NCBI GenBank assembly: GCA_964345075.1
Contig: CAYFPS010000001.1
Location: 133,726 to 197,725, forward strand
Origin: an uncultured Bacteroidaceae bacterium
GTDB taxonomy: Bacteria > CAIWAD01
Length of the DNA stretch: 64,000 bases
Direction of reading: 5' to 3'
This document shows, one piece after another, positions 1 through 8,832 of this stretch (positions within the stretch are counted from its first letter, which is position 1; each line of letters begins with the position of its first letter). Under the pieces are notes generated by a model. It saw only the letters and a list, made by a program, of their open reading frames with translations. It was not told the origin of the DNA and ran no database searches. The position numbers were made by a program, and so were the translations under genes.

Positions 1-2
1 AT

Positions 3-938
3 TTTATCGCACTGGTTGAGCGACATGGCATTGCCTATGTGGAAAAGGATGCCGGCAAGCTCTTCTGCAAGGGAAGCTCGCGGGCCATCCTCGAGTTGTT
101 GCTTGGGGAGTTAAAGCAGGCCGGTGCCAGCCTGCAAACCGGAACAAAGATCCTGTCTGTATCACGGGATGGACAGGGCTTTTCCGTCAAGACCGACAGC
201 AAAATCTATCGCTGCGATTCGCTTGTTGTTGCCACCGGCGGCCTTTCCCTGCCCCGGCTTGGCGCAAGCTCATTCGGTCTGGATCTGGCAGTGCAGATGG
301 GTCACACACTTGTATCACAATCGCCCGGCCTTGTTCCATTTACCCTTTCACCCGACAAGCGCGAACTTGCCGCGGAACTGGCCGGTGTTTCTCTTTCCGT
401 GCGTGTTACATCTCCTGCCCGCACGGTCAGGGACAGTCTGCTCTTCACGCACCGGGGGCTTAGCGGGCCAGCTATTCTTCAGCTATCGAATTACTGGCAG
501 CCGGGCGAAACCATTCGGATCAACCTGCTGCCCGAGCATGAGCTGCCCGGCCTGTTTGAGACCTGGGCCCGCCAACAGCCTGCACGCAATGTGGGCAGCC
601 TGCTTGCAGGAATCCTGCCGCGCCGTGTGATACAACGAATGGTTGATCAGAAGATTCGTGATACACGGATATCTTCGCTTGGTGAGAAGGAGATGAAGGA
701 TCTGTCGCAGAGCCTTTCCAACTGGACCCTGCTGCCTGCCGGAACCGAGGGCTATCGCACGGCTGAAGTGATGCGAGGCGGCGTCAACTGCAACGAGCTT
801 TCGCAAAAGACCATGGAGAGCCGGCTGGTGCCGGGGCTTTACTTCATCGGAGAAGTTGTGGATGTAACCGGACAGCTGGGTGGCTACAATTTTCAGTGGG
901 CCTGGGCTTCGGGCTGGTCTGCCGGGCAGGTTGTCTGA
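3..938 (+). CDS. NAD(P)/FAD-dependent oxidoreductase of the HI0933 (YhiN / aminoacetone oxidase) family. The 5' end lies upstream of the window.
   Basis: The open frame runs from the window edge and reads ...IAYVEKDAGKLFCKGSSRAILELL...VVATGGLSLP... The C-terminal HI0933 beta-domain motifs are present (GLYFIGEVVDVTGQLGGYNFQWAWASGWSAG). Confidence 0.8.
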   Translation, partial: FIALVERHGIAYVEKDAGKLFCKGSSRAILELLLGELKQAGASLQTGTKILSVSRDGQGFSVKTDSKIYRCDSLVVATGGLSLPRLGASSFGLDLAVQMGHTLVSQSPGLVPFTLSPDKRELAAELAGVSLSVRVTSPARTVRDSLLFTHRGLSGPAILQLSNYWQPGETIRINLLPEHELPGLFETWARQQPARNVGSLLAGILPRRVIQRMVDQKIRDTRISSLGEKEMKDLSQSLSNWTLLPAGTEGYRTAEVMRGGVNCNELSQKTMESRLVPGLYFIGEVVDVTGQLGGYNFQWAWASGWSAGQVV

Positions 939-1430
939 TCAGCGGTTTCGGCTGTCCAGCAGAATGGTCACAGGGCCGTCATTCCTGGCCTCTATTTCCA
1001 TGTGATCTCCAAAAACGCCCGTCGCCACGCGCAAACCACGCGCCCTTAGTCCGTCAATCAATCGTTCATAGAGCGGAATCGCCTTCTCGGGATCCGCGGC
1101 CTGCCCGTAGTGCGGACGCCGGCCCTTGCGCGTATCCGCGTGCAGCGTGAACTGACTCACCACAAGCAGCTCGCCCGCCTGGCTGGCCGGGCCCGTTGCG
1201 TGCTCGCCCGCCTCGGCCATGTTCATCTCTTCAAGCGAGAGATTCATCACGCCCGCGGCATCGGGAAAGAGCCGCAGCTCAGGCAGCTTCTTCACCAGAA
1301 AATCCACATCCGCGAATTCGTCATCCCGCGAGATGCCCACCAGAACAAAATGCCCGCGCCCGATTTCCTCCTGATGCCCACTTGAACAGCGAATCGTGGC
1401 GCGTGATACACGCTGAATGACAGCCCTCAT
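939..1430 (-). CDS. dtd: D-aminoacyl-tRNA deacylase
   Basis: Conserved N-terminus MRAVIQRVSRA...GRGHFVLVGISRDD...SQFTL and about 160 aa length. The start is the internal ATG at 1430; the annotated ORF extends to 1511. Confidence 0.85.
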   Translation of the reverse strand: MRAVIQRVSRATIRCSSGHQEEIGRGHFVLVGISRDDEFADVDFLVKKLPELRLFPDAAGVMNLSLEEMNMAEAGEHATGPASQAGELLVVSQFTLHADTRKGRRPHYGQAADPEKAIPLYERLIDGLRARGLRVATGVFGDHMEIEARNDGPVTILLDSRNR

Positions 1431-1527
1431 GCATGCTCCTTGATTGAAGGAGCAATATGGGATTTGCCACAGGCCTGAAAAAAGCCCGACCGAAAGGCCG
1501 GGCTTGTGCAATCTGCTTTCAGGCTGC

Positions 1528-2709
1528 CTAGACAGGCACGACCATCTTGCCTTCCAGCTCCTCTACCTCGGGATCGATGGCAATGGCGCGAGAGAGCTCG
1601 TCGTCATCCTGCAGATAGCTGCCGGATGAGATCTCTTCGTAGTCATCCAGCCAGCGCGCTTCTGGATTGCGCTTCAACACAAGCAGACGGCCCGTGTTGG
1701 AAGGATCGGCCGCGCGGTGATAGCGCAGGAGGGTTTCGCGCTCCGTGACACAAAGCACTTCGATCTTGCCGGTATGGTGTGACATGCAGAGCCTGGCGCG
1801 TCGGCCAAGCCCGCTGCAGATGGCGCGCGCGCGGTCGAAGATCTCGTAGCTCTGCTCAATGGGCACAGAGTAAGTATCGTTGCCCAGCGTCGGGCGGCAG
1901 ACGAAGAGATAATAGGGCGGAATGCCGGCAAAGGCCAGACGGTCGAAAAGCTCGGCCAGCACCAGCGGGTCGTCATTCACGCCGGCAATCAGGGGTGTCT
2001 GGTTGACCGTAACAACACCGGCCTTCTGCAGCATGCTCATACCCTGAATCGCGATGTCGGTCAGCTCGCGCGGATGATTGAAGTGCGCCATCACATAGAT
2101 CTTCTGATCGTCGCGACTGTGGCGACCCAGCACCTCCAGCAGTTGCGGGTCTTCCGTGATACGATACGGGTTGAAGACCGGCATCTTGCTGCCAATGCGA
2201 ATGATGCGCACATGCGGAATCTCGCGCAGCTTCGTCAGGATGGCGTCCAGCTTGGCCGTGGACATCAGGAGCGGATCGCCTCCCGTCAGCAGCACATTGC
2301 TGATCTCGCTGTGTTCGCGAATGTAGTCGAGGCCCTGTGATACATCGCGCACGACCTCGTCGTTATCATCCAGAAAGAGCCGCTTGCGAAAGCAGAAGCG
2401 GCAATAGGCGCCGCAGACACCATTGACCAGCAGGAGGGCCGTGTCAAAGTATTTGTGCTCCAGTCCGGGCACGCGCGTGTAGGTTTCTTCGCCGGAGGCA
2501 TCCAGCTCGCCCCATTCGGACATTTCCTCGGCATCGGGCATGACAATGCGGCGGATGGGATCCTCGGGATCATTCCAGTCGATCAGGCCCTGATAGTAGG
2601 TGTTTGAACGAAACACGAAACGTTCCGCTACGGGGGCCAGGGCCGCGCGCTCTTCGGCACTCAGCTCAGGGACCTGTTCAAGTCGGGTGATGTACTTCGG
2701 CTTGCTCAT
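1528..2709 (-). CDS. kamA: KamA-family radical SAM protein (lysine 2,3-aminomutase-like)
   Basis: CGAYCRFCFRK radical-SAM CxxxCxxC motif, and conserved KamA blocks (LLTGGDPL, RIIRIGSKMPVFNPYRI). The start MSKPKYI at 2709 is preceded by GGAGGAAACC. Confidence 0.8.
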   Translation of the reverse strand: MSKPKYITRLEQVPELSAEERAALAPVAERFVFRSNTYYQGLIDWNDPEDPIRRIVMPDAEEMSEWGELDASGEETYTRVPGLEHKYFDTALLLVNGVCGAYCRFCFRKRLFLDDNDEVVRDVSQGLDYIREHSEISNVLLTGGDPLLMSTAKLDAILTKLREIPHVRIIRIGSKMPVFNPYRITEDPQLLEVLGRHSRDDQKIYVMAHFNHPRELTDIAIQGMSMLQKAGVVTVNQTPLIAGVNDDPLVLAELFDRLAFAGIPPYYLFVCRPTLGNDTYSVPIEQSYEIFDRARAICSGLGRRARLCMSHHTGKIEVLCVTERETLLRYHRAADPSNTGRLLVLKRNPEARWLDDYEEISSGSYLQDDDELSRAIAIDPEVEELEGKMVVPV

Positions 2710-2958
2710 GGTTTCCTCCGTTATTTGAGACACGTCTGTGAGGCTCGGGCGGAAACCGGGCATGGCAGGTTAACTGCCGGTCGGTGGCAAGGTGGCGCTG
2801 GATTCCTCTTGGATCACCCGTGATACATGGAGTGACGCTTTGCGTCTACACGGAACGCGATGGAAGCACCGGGGTGGCTTCAAACCTTGCAAATCGGCTC
2901 GCCGAGCCGCTTGAAACAGCCTCTGAGAGTAACAAAGGGGCTCCAGAGTGGCAAACAG

Positions 2959-4143
2959 CTACATGTGCGGGTCGGGATCGACGGCCTCGTCATAGTTGAC
3001 GCCAGCCACGCCGAAGCCAAACAGGCGCAGGAAATCCTTGTGATAGGCATGCACATCGCAGAAGTCGGCCGCATTGTCCTCTCGAATCAGCTCCCAGCGG
3101 CGCTTGACTTCAGCCTGCACCTCTTCACGCATCTCCCAGTCGTCAATCCGAATGCGATTGCGCTCATCCAGTGTGGGCCTTTTGCCTTCGCCAGCGTGTT
3201 CGGCAAAGAGCCGGATCATCTGCTCGATGGTGTCTTCGTGCAGGCCCTTTTCCTTCATCACATCAAAGACAAGCGAGATGTACATCGAAATGCCGGGAAT
3301 GGCTGAAGAGCTCTGTGTTACAACGGACTTGGCCACAACCGTGTGACACCAGCCGCCAACGCTCTCGTTCATTCGCTGATTGAGGTGGTCGCAGGTGGCC
3401 TCCAGGTGCAGCTTGGCCTGTCCAATTGTGCCGTCGCGGTAAATCGGCCGTGTGACATCCGGCCCGATGTAGGAAAAGGCCATCACCTTGGCCTCTGGTG
3501 CCAGCAGGCCCTCTTCCAGCAGGCGCTCGGTCCAGCGCTCAAGATCTTCGCCACCCATCACCTTGATGGTGTGGGCAATCTCTTCTTCAGTGGCGACTTC
3601 GTAAATGCCCTCACTGACATCACCCGTGCGCGTGTCCAGCATCTTGGTCGTGACCTTGGAGCCAATGGCCTTCAAGCTGCTGGTGTAGACATCGCCCGTC
3701 TCCGGGTCCGTCCGGCGCGGGGCCGCCAGAGAGTAGACGAGGTAGTCGATCGGCCCCCAGGCGCGGAGCATGGCAACCACATCTTCCAGCACTTCGCGGC
3801 TGAAGGCGTCACCCATAATGGTCTCGGCCTTGAGTCCTTTGGCGCGCGCCTCCTGATGAAAGGCCGCCGTGTTGTACCAGCCAGCACTGCCCGAGCGCTT
3901 GTTCTTGGGCGGGCGCTCGAAGGCCACGCCCAGCGTGTCCATACCCAGACCGAAAGCGCCCGTGATGCGAGCGGCCAGTCCGTATCCCATGGAAGATCCC
4001 AGCACCAGCATGCGCCCGCCACGCTTCACGGATGAAGCTTCGGCAATCTCGATCTGCCTGCGGATTTCGCGCGCGCAGCCTTCCGGGTGGGCGGTCGTGC
4101 AGATGAAGCCGAAGACTTTCGGCTTGATGACGATTTTTTCCAT
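2959..4143 (-). CDS. fabV: trans-2-enoyl-CoA/ACP reductase, FabV family
   Basis: MEKIVIKPKVFGFICTTAHPEGC... matches the FabV N-terminus. Length is about 394 aa and SDR-like motifs are present. Start ATG is at 4143. Confidence 0.85.
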   Translation of the reverse strand: MEKIVIKPKVFGFICTTAHPEGCAREIRRQIEIAEASSVKRGGRMLVLGSSMGYGLAARITGAFGLGMDTLGVAFERPPKNKRSGSAGWYNTAAFHQEARAKGLKAETIMGDAFSREVLEDVVAMLRAWGPIDYLVYSLAAPRRTDPETGDVYTSSLKAIGSKVTTKMLDTRTGDVSEGIYEVATEEEIAHTIKVMGGEDLERWTERLLEEGLLAPEAKVMAFSYIGPDVTRPIYRDGTIGQAKLHLEATCDHLNQRMNESVGGWCHTVVAKSVVTQSSSAIPGISMYISLVFDVMKEKGLHEDTIEQMIRLFAEHAGEGKRPTLDERNRIRIDDWEMREEVQAEVKRRWELIREDNAADFCDVHAYHKDFLRLFGFGVAGVNYDEAVDPDPHM

Positions 4144-4496
4144 GCTCTCTTCCTGTGATACAAAAAGCCCCGGCGCGCGTACGGATTCCGGCCAGCCGAG
4201 CTGGTCATGAATGTCCTCAGTACCGTCGGGGAGTGTCAATCAAGTCTGCAAGGTAGGGATTTGGCGGCTCAATGGGCGGGATTATTGACCTAGAGTGCTA
4301 TAATGGTCCAAATAAACCGGAAAGTGTAACCCATCCTCCCGGCTCGTTCACATGTTTTCTGGGCAAACAGCCCGCCACGGCTCGCGAAGAGTTGAAGTTC
4401 AGACCTTAGCAAGCATAGAGCACAAAACATGGTGTCAAGTTCATCTCGAATGAGAAAGAAATCAGTGCTGCAAGAGTCTTCGATTGCGCAAAGTCA

Positions 4497-7400
4497 ATGC
4501 TGCATTCTGTAACACTTAGAGCTTACATATCTTTCTTAACGGTATTCCTGGGCTTCTCCACCGCTTACCCCTTAGAGCATTATAGAGACATGATTGGCTA
4601 TAACAATGAATTCTATGGGGCAAATTTATTTGGCATCGATGAGTTTGAGTATTGTGGGACTGTATATGACTTTACAAAAGACGTTGGGAACTGGACGTGT
4701 ATTGGCGTGAGTTGGCATGTTGCTGAATCTGGCAACAGTAATCTGACTGGCGATTTTCATTTGGAGCGATATGATGCGTTGCTTGACAGCGCTCTCGCCA
4801 GAGATCTCAAGGTTGTAATGATTCTTTCAGGCACTCCATATTTGGCATCGATCCCTGAATTTAGAGGCGATGAAGAGCTTTACTCAACTTCAGCGATTTA
4901 TCTTGAGACTGGGCCTTCCGGAGACACTCTCGCCGTTGAAAGGTGGAGAGAGTTTTGTGCAGAAGTTGCTGGGCGGTATTATCCGCGTGTTAAGCACTTT
5001 CAAATAGGAAATGAGGTCAACTACCAAGAGTATTATCGCTACGCGGATGAGACATTCACAGCAGTCTCTGGCCACTATCTACCGTATTCCGACTATCTTG
5101 CGATGGGTTCTCATGCAATGCAGGAGATTGGAGATGCCATTGCTCAAGGCGTTGATTCACTGGTTAACAAACCTCTCAAGATTCTCGCAGGAGGGTTGTT
5201 TGCTTCGACAGAAACAGAGTATTTCCAAACAGGCACACCCAGGATCGTTGCTGCTGTCGACTATTTAGAATCATTGTATGACTATGCTAGCAACAACACA
5301 TTAGATCCTGATGAGTACTTTGATATTGTATCCTACCATCCATATGGTCGATTTGAGCTTGAGCTTTTCACGAATAATGTTTTGCTAGAACATGAGCAAA
5401 ACACCTTCCTCGAAACTGAAAACATACATCAGTTGATGGTGGCCAGAGGAGATTCGGAAAAAGAAATCTGGGGGACAGAATGTGGTCCGCCATTGGAATG
5501 TGCCGCTGCGGCGTCGCAAATGACACTGGAGACTCAAGCACTTTGGGCAGACCAGTATTTGCAAATGTGGACCAATTGGACTTTTACGGGACCTTTGTTC
5601 TGGTGGTGTCTTCGGGAGCAAGTTCGCCATAATCCTGATTCCGACAGCCTGATGAATTGCTGGGGAGCAATGGATTCGGATTGGACGTTTCGTCCCGCCT
5701 ATCACGTCTGGCATGCCTGGGGCAACTCGAGTACGGAACGAATGGATCTTCACATCGGAGAAGGCCCCGACTTCTTGTATCACGCGTGGGACGATGCGTT
5801 TGAACACCGTTTTCAGCTGGAAGCAGCAAATAGAGACACGGTTCGGGTCTACATTCATGCCTCCGATTCCCCAATCTTCGTGCAATCGCCCACTGTTATT
5901 GGTGTGGGGCCAACATCTATCGAGGTCATCGGGGTTACGGGATCGCCTTCCGAGATGGAGGAGGCGCTGGCAGGACAGGTTGTGCTTGAAGCCGTGGGAA
6001 ACCTTGGGCATCTCCCTTTTCTGACAGTTCTTGATTCTGCGACAAATCTCACGCTTGAAAATCTGACGCTTCAGGGCTTTGGTGAAGGAGAAGACCTGAA
6101 TTACCGCGAGCTGATGACTTTTGGCCACTGTGTTCATTTTTCAGGGAAGGCGCTGCACATTGATAATTGCCGCTTCCTTGATAACGGGCTTGCCTCTTTC
6201 AATAGCGAGCATGGACTCTGGGATGGCTTTGGGCCTGTTCTTTTCGTAGACGGCTCAACCAGTTGCCTGCATGTTGAGAACAGCCTCTTTGTGGGAAATG
6301 AGTCCGGCTGTCAGCCGGGTGCCTGTCTTGTTGCCCTGAATGCGGACAGCCTGACCTTGCTGTCCACTACGTTTCACGACAATACGATCAACATCTATTA
6401 TCCGGGAAGAAACGAAGATGCCGAATGCGGCCCCGCTATTGATCACGCTGTTTCCGGTCATGCCATCCATGTGATTCAGGCGCAGCATACTGCCATTAAA
6501 GGCTGCCTGTTTACAGGCGAGTATCCCGGCGGAGAATGGGATTCCGGCCGGCTTCCTCAGTTCGACATTCAGGCTGGTAGCGGCCAGGTGAGCTTCAGCG
6601 CCACGGATCAGGATGGGTGGGCAAGTGATCAGCAAGCCTTTCCAGAAGCCTTGGGGAATGTGGTTGTGCCTCATGCAGAATCGGAAGTGCGCATTGGCTA
6701 TGTGGATGCTGACAACCGTGACTTCCGCCTTCGCCAGAACAGTGAACTGCTGGACAGGGGGGATCCCAACCCGGAAAAGAAAAACTTCGATCTTACACGC
6801 TCGGACATCGGCTGGACACCCAACTATCAGGTGATTGAACTCGGAGCTTATGCGCAAGGCCCCTTGTCTGCTGGATTCTACGAGGTCAGCGGCCCGGTTT
6901 GCGCAATCAATCATGACATTGCAGCTGGAGCCGTGATTCGTGTGCACGAGGGTAGCTTGCTACAAATCCTCACCTCCGCTGGCAGCAATCGGCGTATCGG
7001 GGATCTTGACGGCCCGCGTACAGCCATTGTCGGACGTGGTTCACAAGTCGGAGCGCCGGCTGCTGGAATTGAGCTGCTGAATGTGTCGAGCGATAGCAGC
7101 CTGCTCTTGGAAGGTGTGTTGTTCAACTACGCTCCACGCTCTTATGACCAGAGCGGACATGGTGCTTCCCTTCATATCTACGACAGTGGCCATGCGGACA
7201 TCCTCTCCGTGTCTTTTGACCACGTCAGCTTTGAAAACTACGTGAATGTGCCTGATCCCGATGGCCAAGCTTATGACGGGAGTCTCTTGTTTCGTGACTG
7301 CGAGGCTACGCTTTCCGGCCTGGATGTGGGAGATGCAAACGGGGATCGATACGGTATCGGGCAACTTCAATTGGTCAATTCCAATGTGCGTGTGGAGGCC

Positions 7401-8804
7401 AGCACATTTATCCCAACTGCTCGGAGCATTCTGTCAGGTGAACCGGCCTTGAAGATCCACGGTGTGCTAGCAGGGGGCGAGACGGAATTGGTGGACAACA
7501 CCTTCCATGGACTACCGGGTAGTATGAGCGACCCGATTCTGCTGGATATCACGGGAAGCACGGTCCGGATGGAGGGCAACCAGTTTCTGGATCTGCGAAA
7601 CACGGCCCTGATTGAGTCCAATTCCAGCCTCTATCTGGATCGAGAAGCAAGGAATCACTTCCAGGCCTACATGTATCCTGATTCTTTCGACAATAACGCA
7701 CCCTTGCTTGCAATGGAATCCGGCAATCTGGATCTTTTCTGTGGCCGCAACAACCTGATAGTGAATGCATACAGTGGAAGCTGGCCGGTTATTTCCTGGC
7801 AAGTGGCCAATCCGGAAACTTTGCAGACGGTACCCCAGGTGTGGCGGGACAATTTTTGGGGGACGGACTGCGTTGCTGGAATTCCTCCAGGAGACCTTGA
7901 ATCACTGAATCTGATCCCAGTCTGGGCTACGCTTGAAAGCACCCTGGATGCGTGTGTCACGCCCTTGGATCCCGCCAATCCGCTTTGCCCCTTTACCGCG
8001 TATGAACCCTACGAGCTTCTGGTTGCGGGTAAGGACGCAGAAAAGAATGGGGACTTTGCGCTGGCCCATGTGAACTATACGGCACTCCTGCACCTTTATC
8101 CGCTGGCCAAGGAAGTCAACGACGGAACACTTCGCCTGAAAGCCGTCGGGCTGGACAAGACCTACGGCCCGCTCCATGTCGAATCGGTTCGGGATGACCT
8201 TTTCATTGCCGCAGATTCAACGGAAGCAAACAAGCGTCACTCGCTGTCCATTTTGCAGCTTTGCTCCGGTTGGTGCACGGCAGCGCGCTGGGGAGATCGT
8301 GCGAGCGCCATTGCAGCGCTTGAAGGCCTGCTAACCGTGGAACCGAATCCGCTCTGCCGGGATACGATCAACCGGGCGCTGCTTGAAATCGCTACCTACC
8401 CCCCGCTTGAGGGAGCTTTGCTGGCGGCTTCTCCGGAAGCCAGACTGAATCGGGCCATCCAGGAAGGCCGGGCGGTATCCGCACTTTTGTCCTACAGGCG
8501 AGGAAGCGAACTGACAAGTGAAGTGAGTCTGCTGCTGCCCACGGAGTTCGCCATCACCCGGATCTACCCGAACCCCTTCAATCCAACGACCACCATCGAG
8601 CTGGCGCTACCCAACGAGCAGCACGTTCGCGTCCGGATCTACAACATGCTGGGCCAGCTGGTGGCAGAAGTCCTGAATGAGAACCTGACAGCGGGAACGC
8701 ACAACCTCATTCTCGATGGCTCGCGCAATGCAAGTGGTGTCTACCTTGCGAGAGCAGAGAGTCAGGGATTGACGAAGATCAAAAAGTTGCTGCTCTTGAA
8801 ATGA
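4497..8804 (+). CDS. Giant secreted protein with an N-terminal clan GH-A (TIM-barrel glycoside hydrolase-like) domain, right-handed parallel beta-helix repeats, and a T9SS C-terminal sorting domain.
   Basis: Signal peptide. HFQIGNEVN (the GH-A acid/base NE motif) and WGTECG. Many PbH1-like repeats (NCRFLDNG, SLFVGNESG, TFHDNTINIY). The C-terminus IYPNPFNPTTTIELALP...VRIYNMLGQLVAEVL...GVYLARAE...KKLLLLK is a T9SS C-terminal sorting domain. Low-GC coding sequence. Confidence 0.75.
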   Translation: MLHSVTLRAYISFLTVFLGFSTAYPLEHYRDMIGYNNEFYGANLFGIDEFEYCGTVYDFTKDVGNWTCIGVSWHVAESGNSNLTGDFHLERYDALLDSALARDLKVVMILSGTPYLASIPEFRGDEELYSTSAIYLETGPSGDTLAVERWREFCAEVAGRYYPRVKHFQIGNEVNYQEYYRYADETFTAVSGHYLPYSDYLAMGSHAMQEIGDAIAQGVDSLVNKPLKILAGGLFASTETEYFQTGTPRIVAAVDYLESLYDYASNNTLDPDEYFDIVSYHPYGRFELELFTNNVLLEHEQNTFLETENIHQLMVARGDSEKEIWGTECGPPLECAAAASQMTLETQALWADQYLQMWTNWTFTGPLFWWCLREQVRHNPDSDSLMNCWGAMDSDWTFRPAYHVWHAWGNSSTERMDLHIGEGPDFLYHAWDDAFEHRFQLEAANRDTVRVYIHASDSPIFVQSPTVIGVGPTSIEVIGVTGSPSEMEEALAGQVVLEAVGNLGHLPFLTVLDSATNLTLENLTLQGFGEGEDLNYRELMTFGHCVHFSGKALHIDNCRFLDNGLASFNSEHGLWDGFGPVLFVDGSTSCLHVENSLFVGNESGCQPGACLVALNADSLTLLSTTFHDNTINIYYPGRNEDAECGPAIDHAVSGHAIHVIQAQHTAIKGCLFTGEYPGGEWDSGRLPQFDIQAGSGQVSFSATDQDGWASDQQAFPEALGNVVVPHAESEVRIGYVDADNRDFRLRQNSELLDRGDPNPEKKNFDLTRSDIGWTPNYQVIELGAYAQGPLSAGFYEVSGPVCAINHDIAAGAVIRVHEGSLLQILTSAGSNRRIGDLDGPRTAIVGRGSQVGAPAAGIELLNVSSDSSLLLEGVLFNYAPRSYDQSGHGASLHIYDSGHADILSVSFDHVSFENYVNVPDPDGQAYDGSLLFRDCEATLSGLDVGDANGDRYGIGQLQLVNSNVRVEASTFIPTARSILSGEPALKIHGVLAGGETELVDNTFHGLPGSMSDPILLDITGSTVRMEGNQFLDLRNTALIESNSSLYLDREARNHFQAYMYPDSFDNNAPLLAMESGNLDLFCGRNNLIVNAYSGSWPVISWQVANPETLQTVPQVWRDNFWGTDCVAGIPPGDLESLNLIPVWATLESTLDACVTPLDPANPLCPFTAYEPYELLVAGKDAEKNGDFALAHVNYTALLHLYPLAKEVNDGTLRLKAVGLDKTYGPLHVESVRDDLFIAADSTEANKRHSLSILQLCSGWCTAARWGDRASAIAALEGLLTVEPNPLCRDTINRALLEIATYPPLEGALLAASPEARLNRAIQEGRAVSALLSYRRGSELTSEVSLLLPTEFAITRIYPNPFNPTTTIELALPNEQHVRVRIYNMLGQLVAEVLNENLTAGTHNLILDGSRNASGVYLARAESQGLTKIKKLLLLK

Positions 8805-8832
8805 GAGACAAGAGCCAACTGCTGGAGCCACT

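Noticed and set aside
2889-2917. CGGCTCGCCGAGCCG palindrome as the fabV terminator
   Set aside because: A 7-bp arm with a 1-nt loop cannot form sterically. The effective stem is too short and the T-tract is only 3 nt, so it is left as an observation only.
4267-4295. TTGACC ... TATAAT, a textbook sigma70 hexamer pair upstream of the first island gene
   Set aside because: The spacer is only 8 nt (TTGACCtagagtgcTATAAT), which is incompatible with a functional -35/-10 promoter. The host appears to use FCB-type promoters.
5385-6137. 250-aa antisense ORF inside the 1435-aa T9SS gene, and other antisense ORFs inside the island genes (6255-6947, 9853-10644)
   Set aside because: Fully nested antisense to a clearly real gene. 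Low-GC DNA simply has fewer stop codons in the reverse frames.
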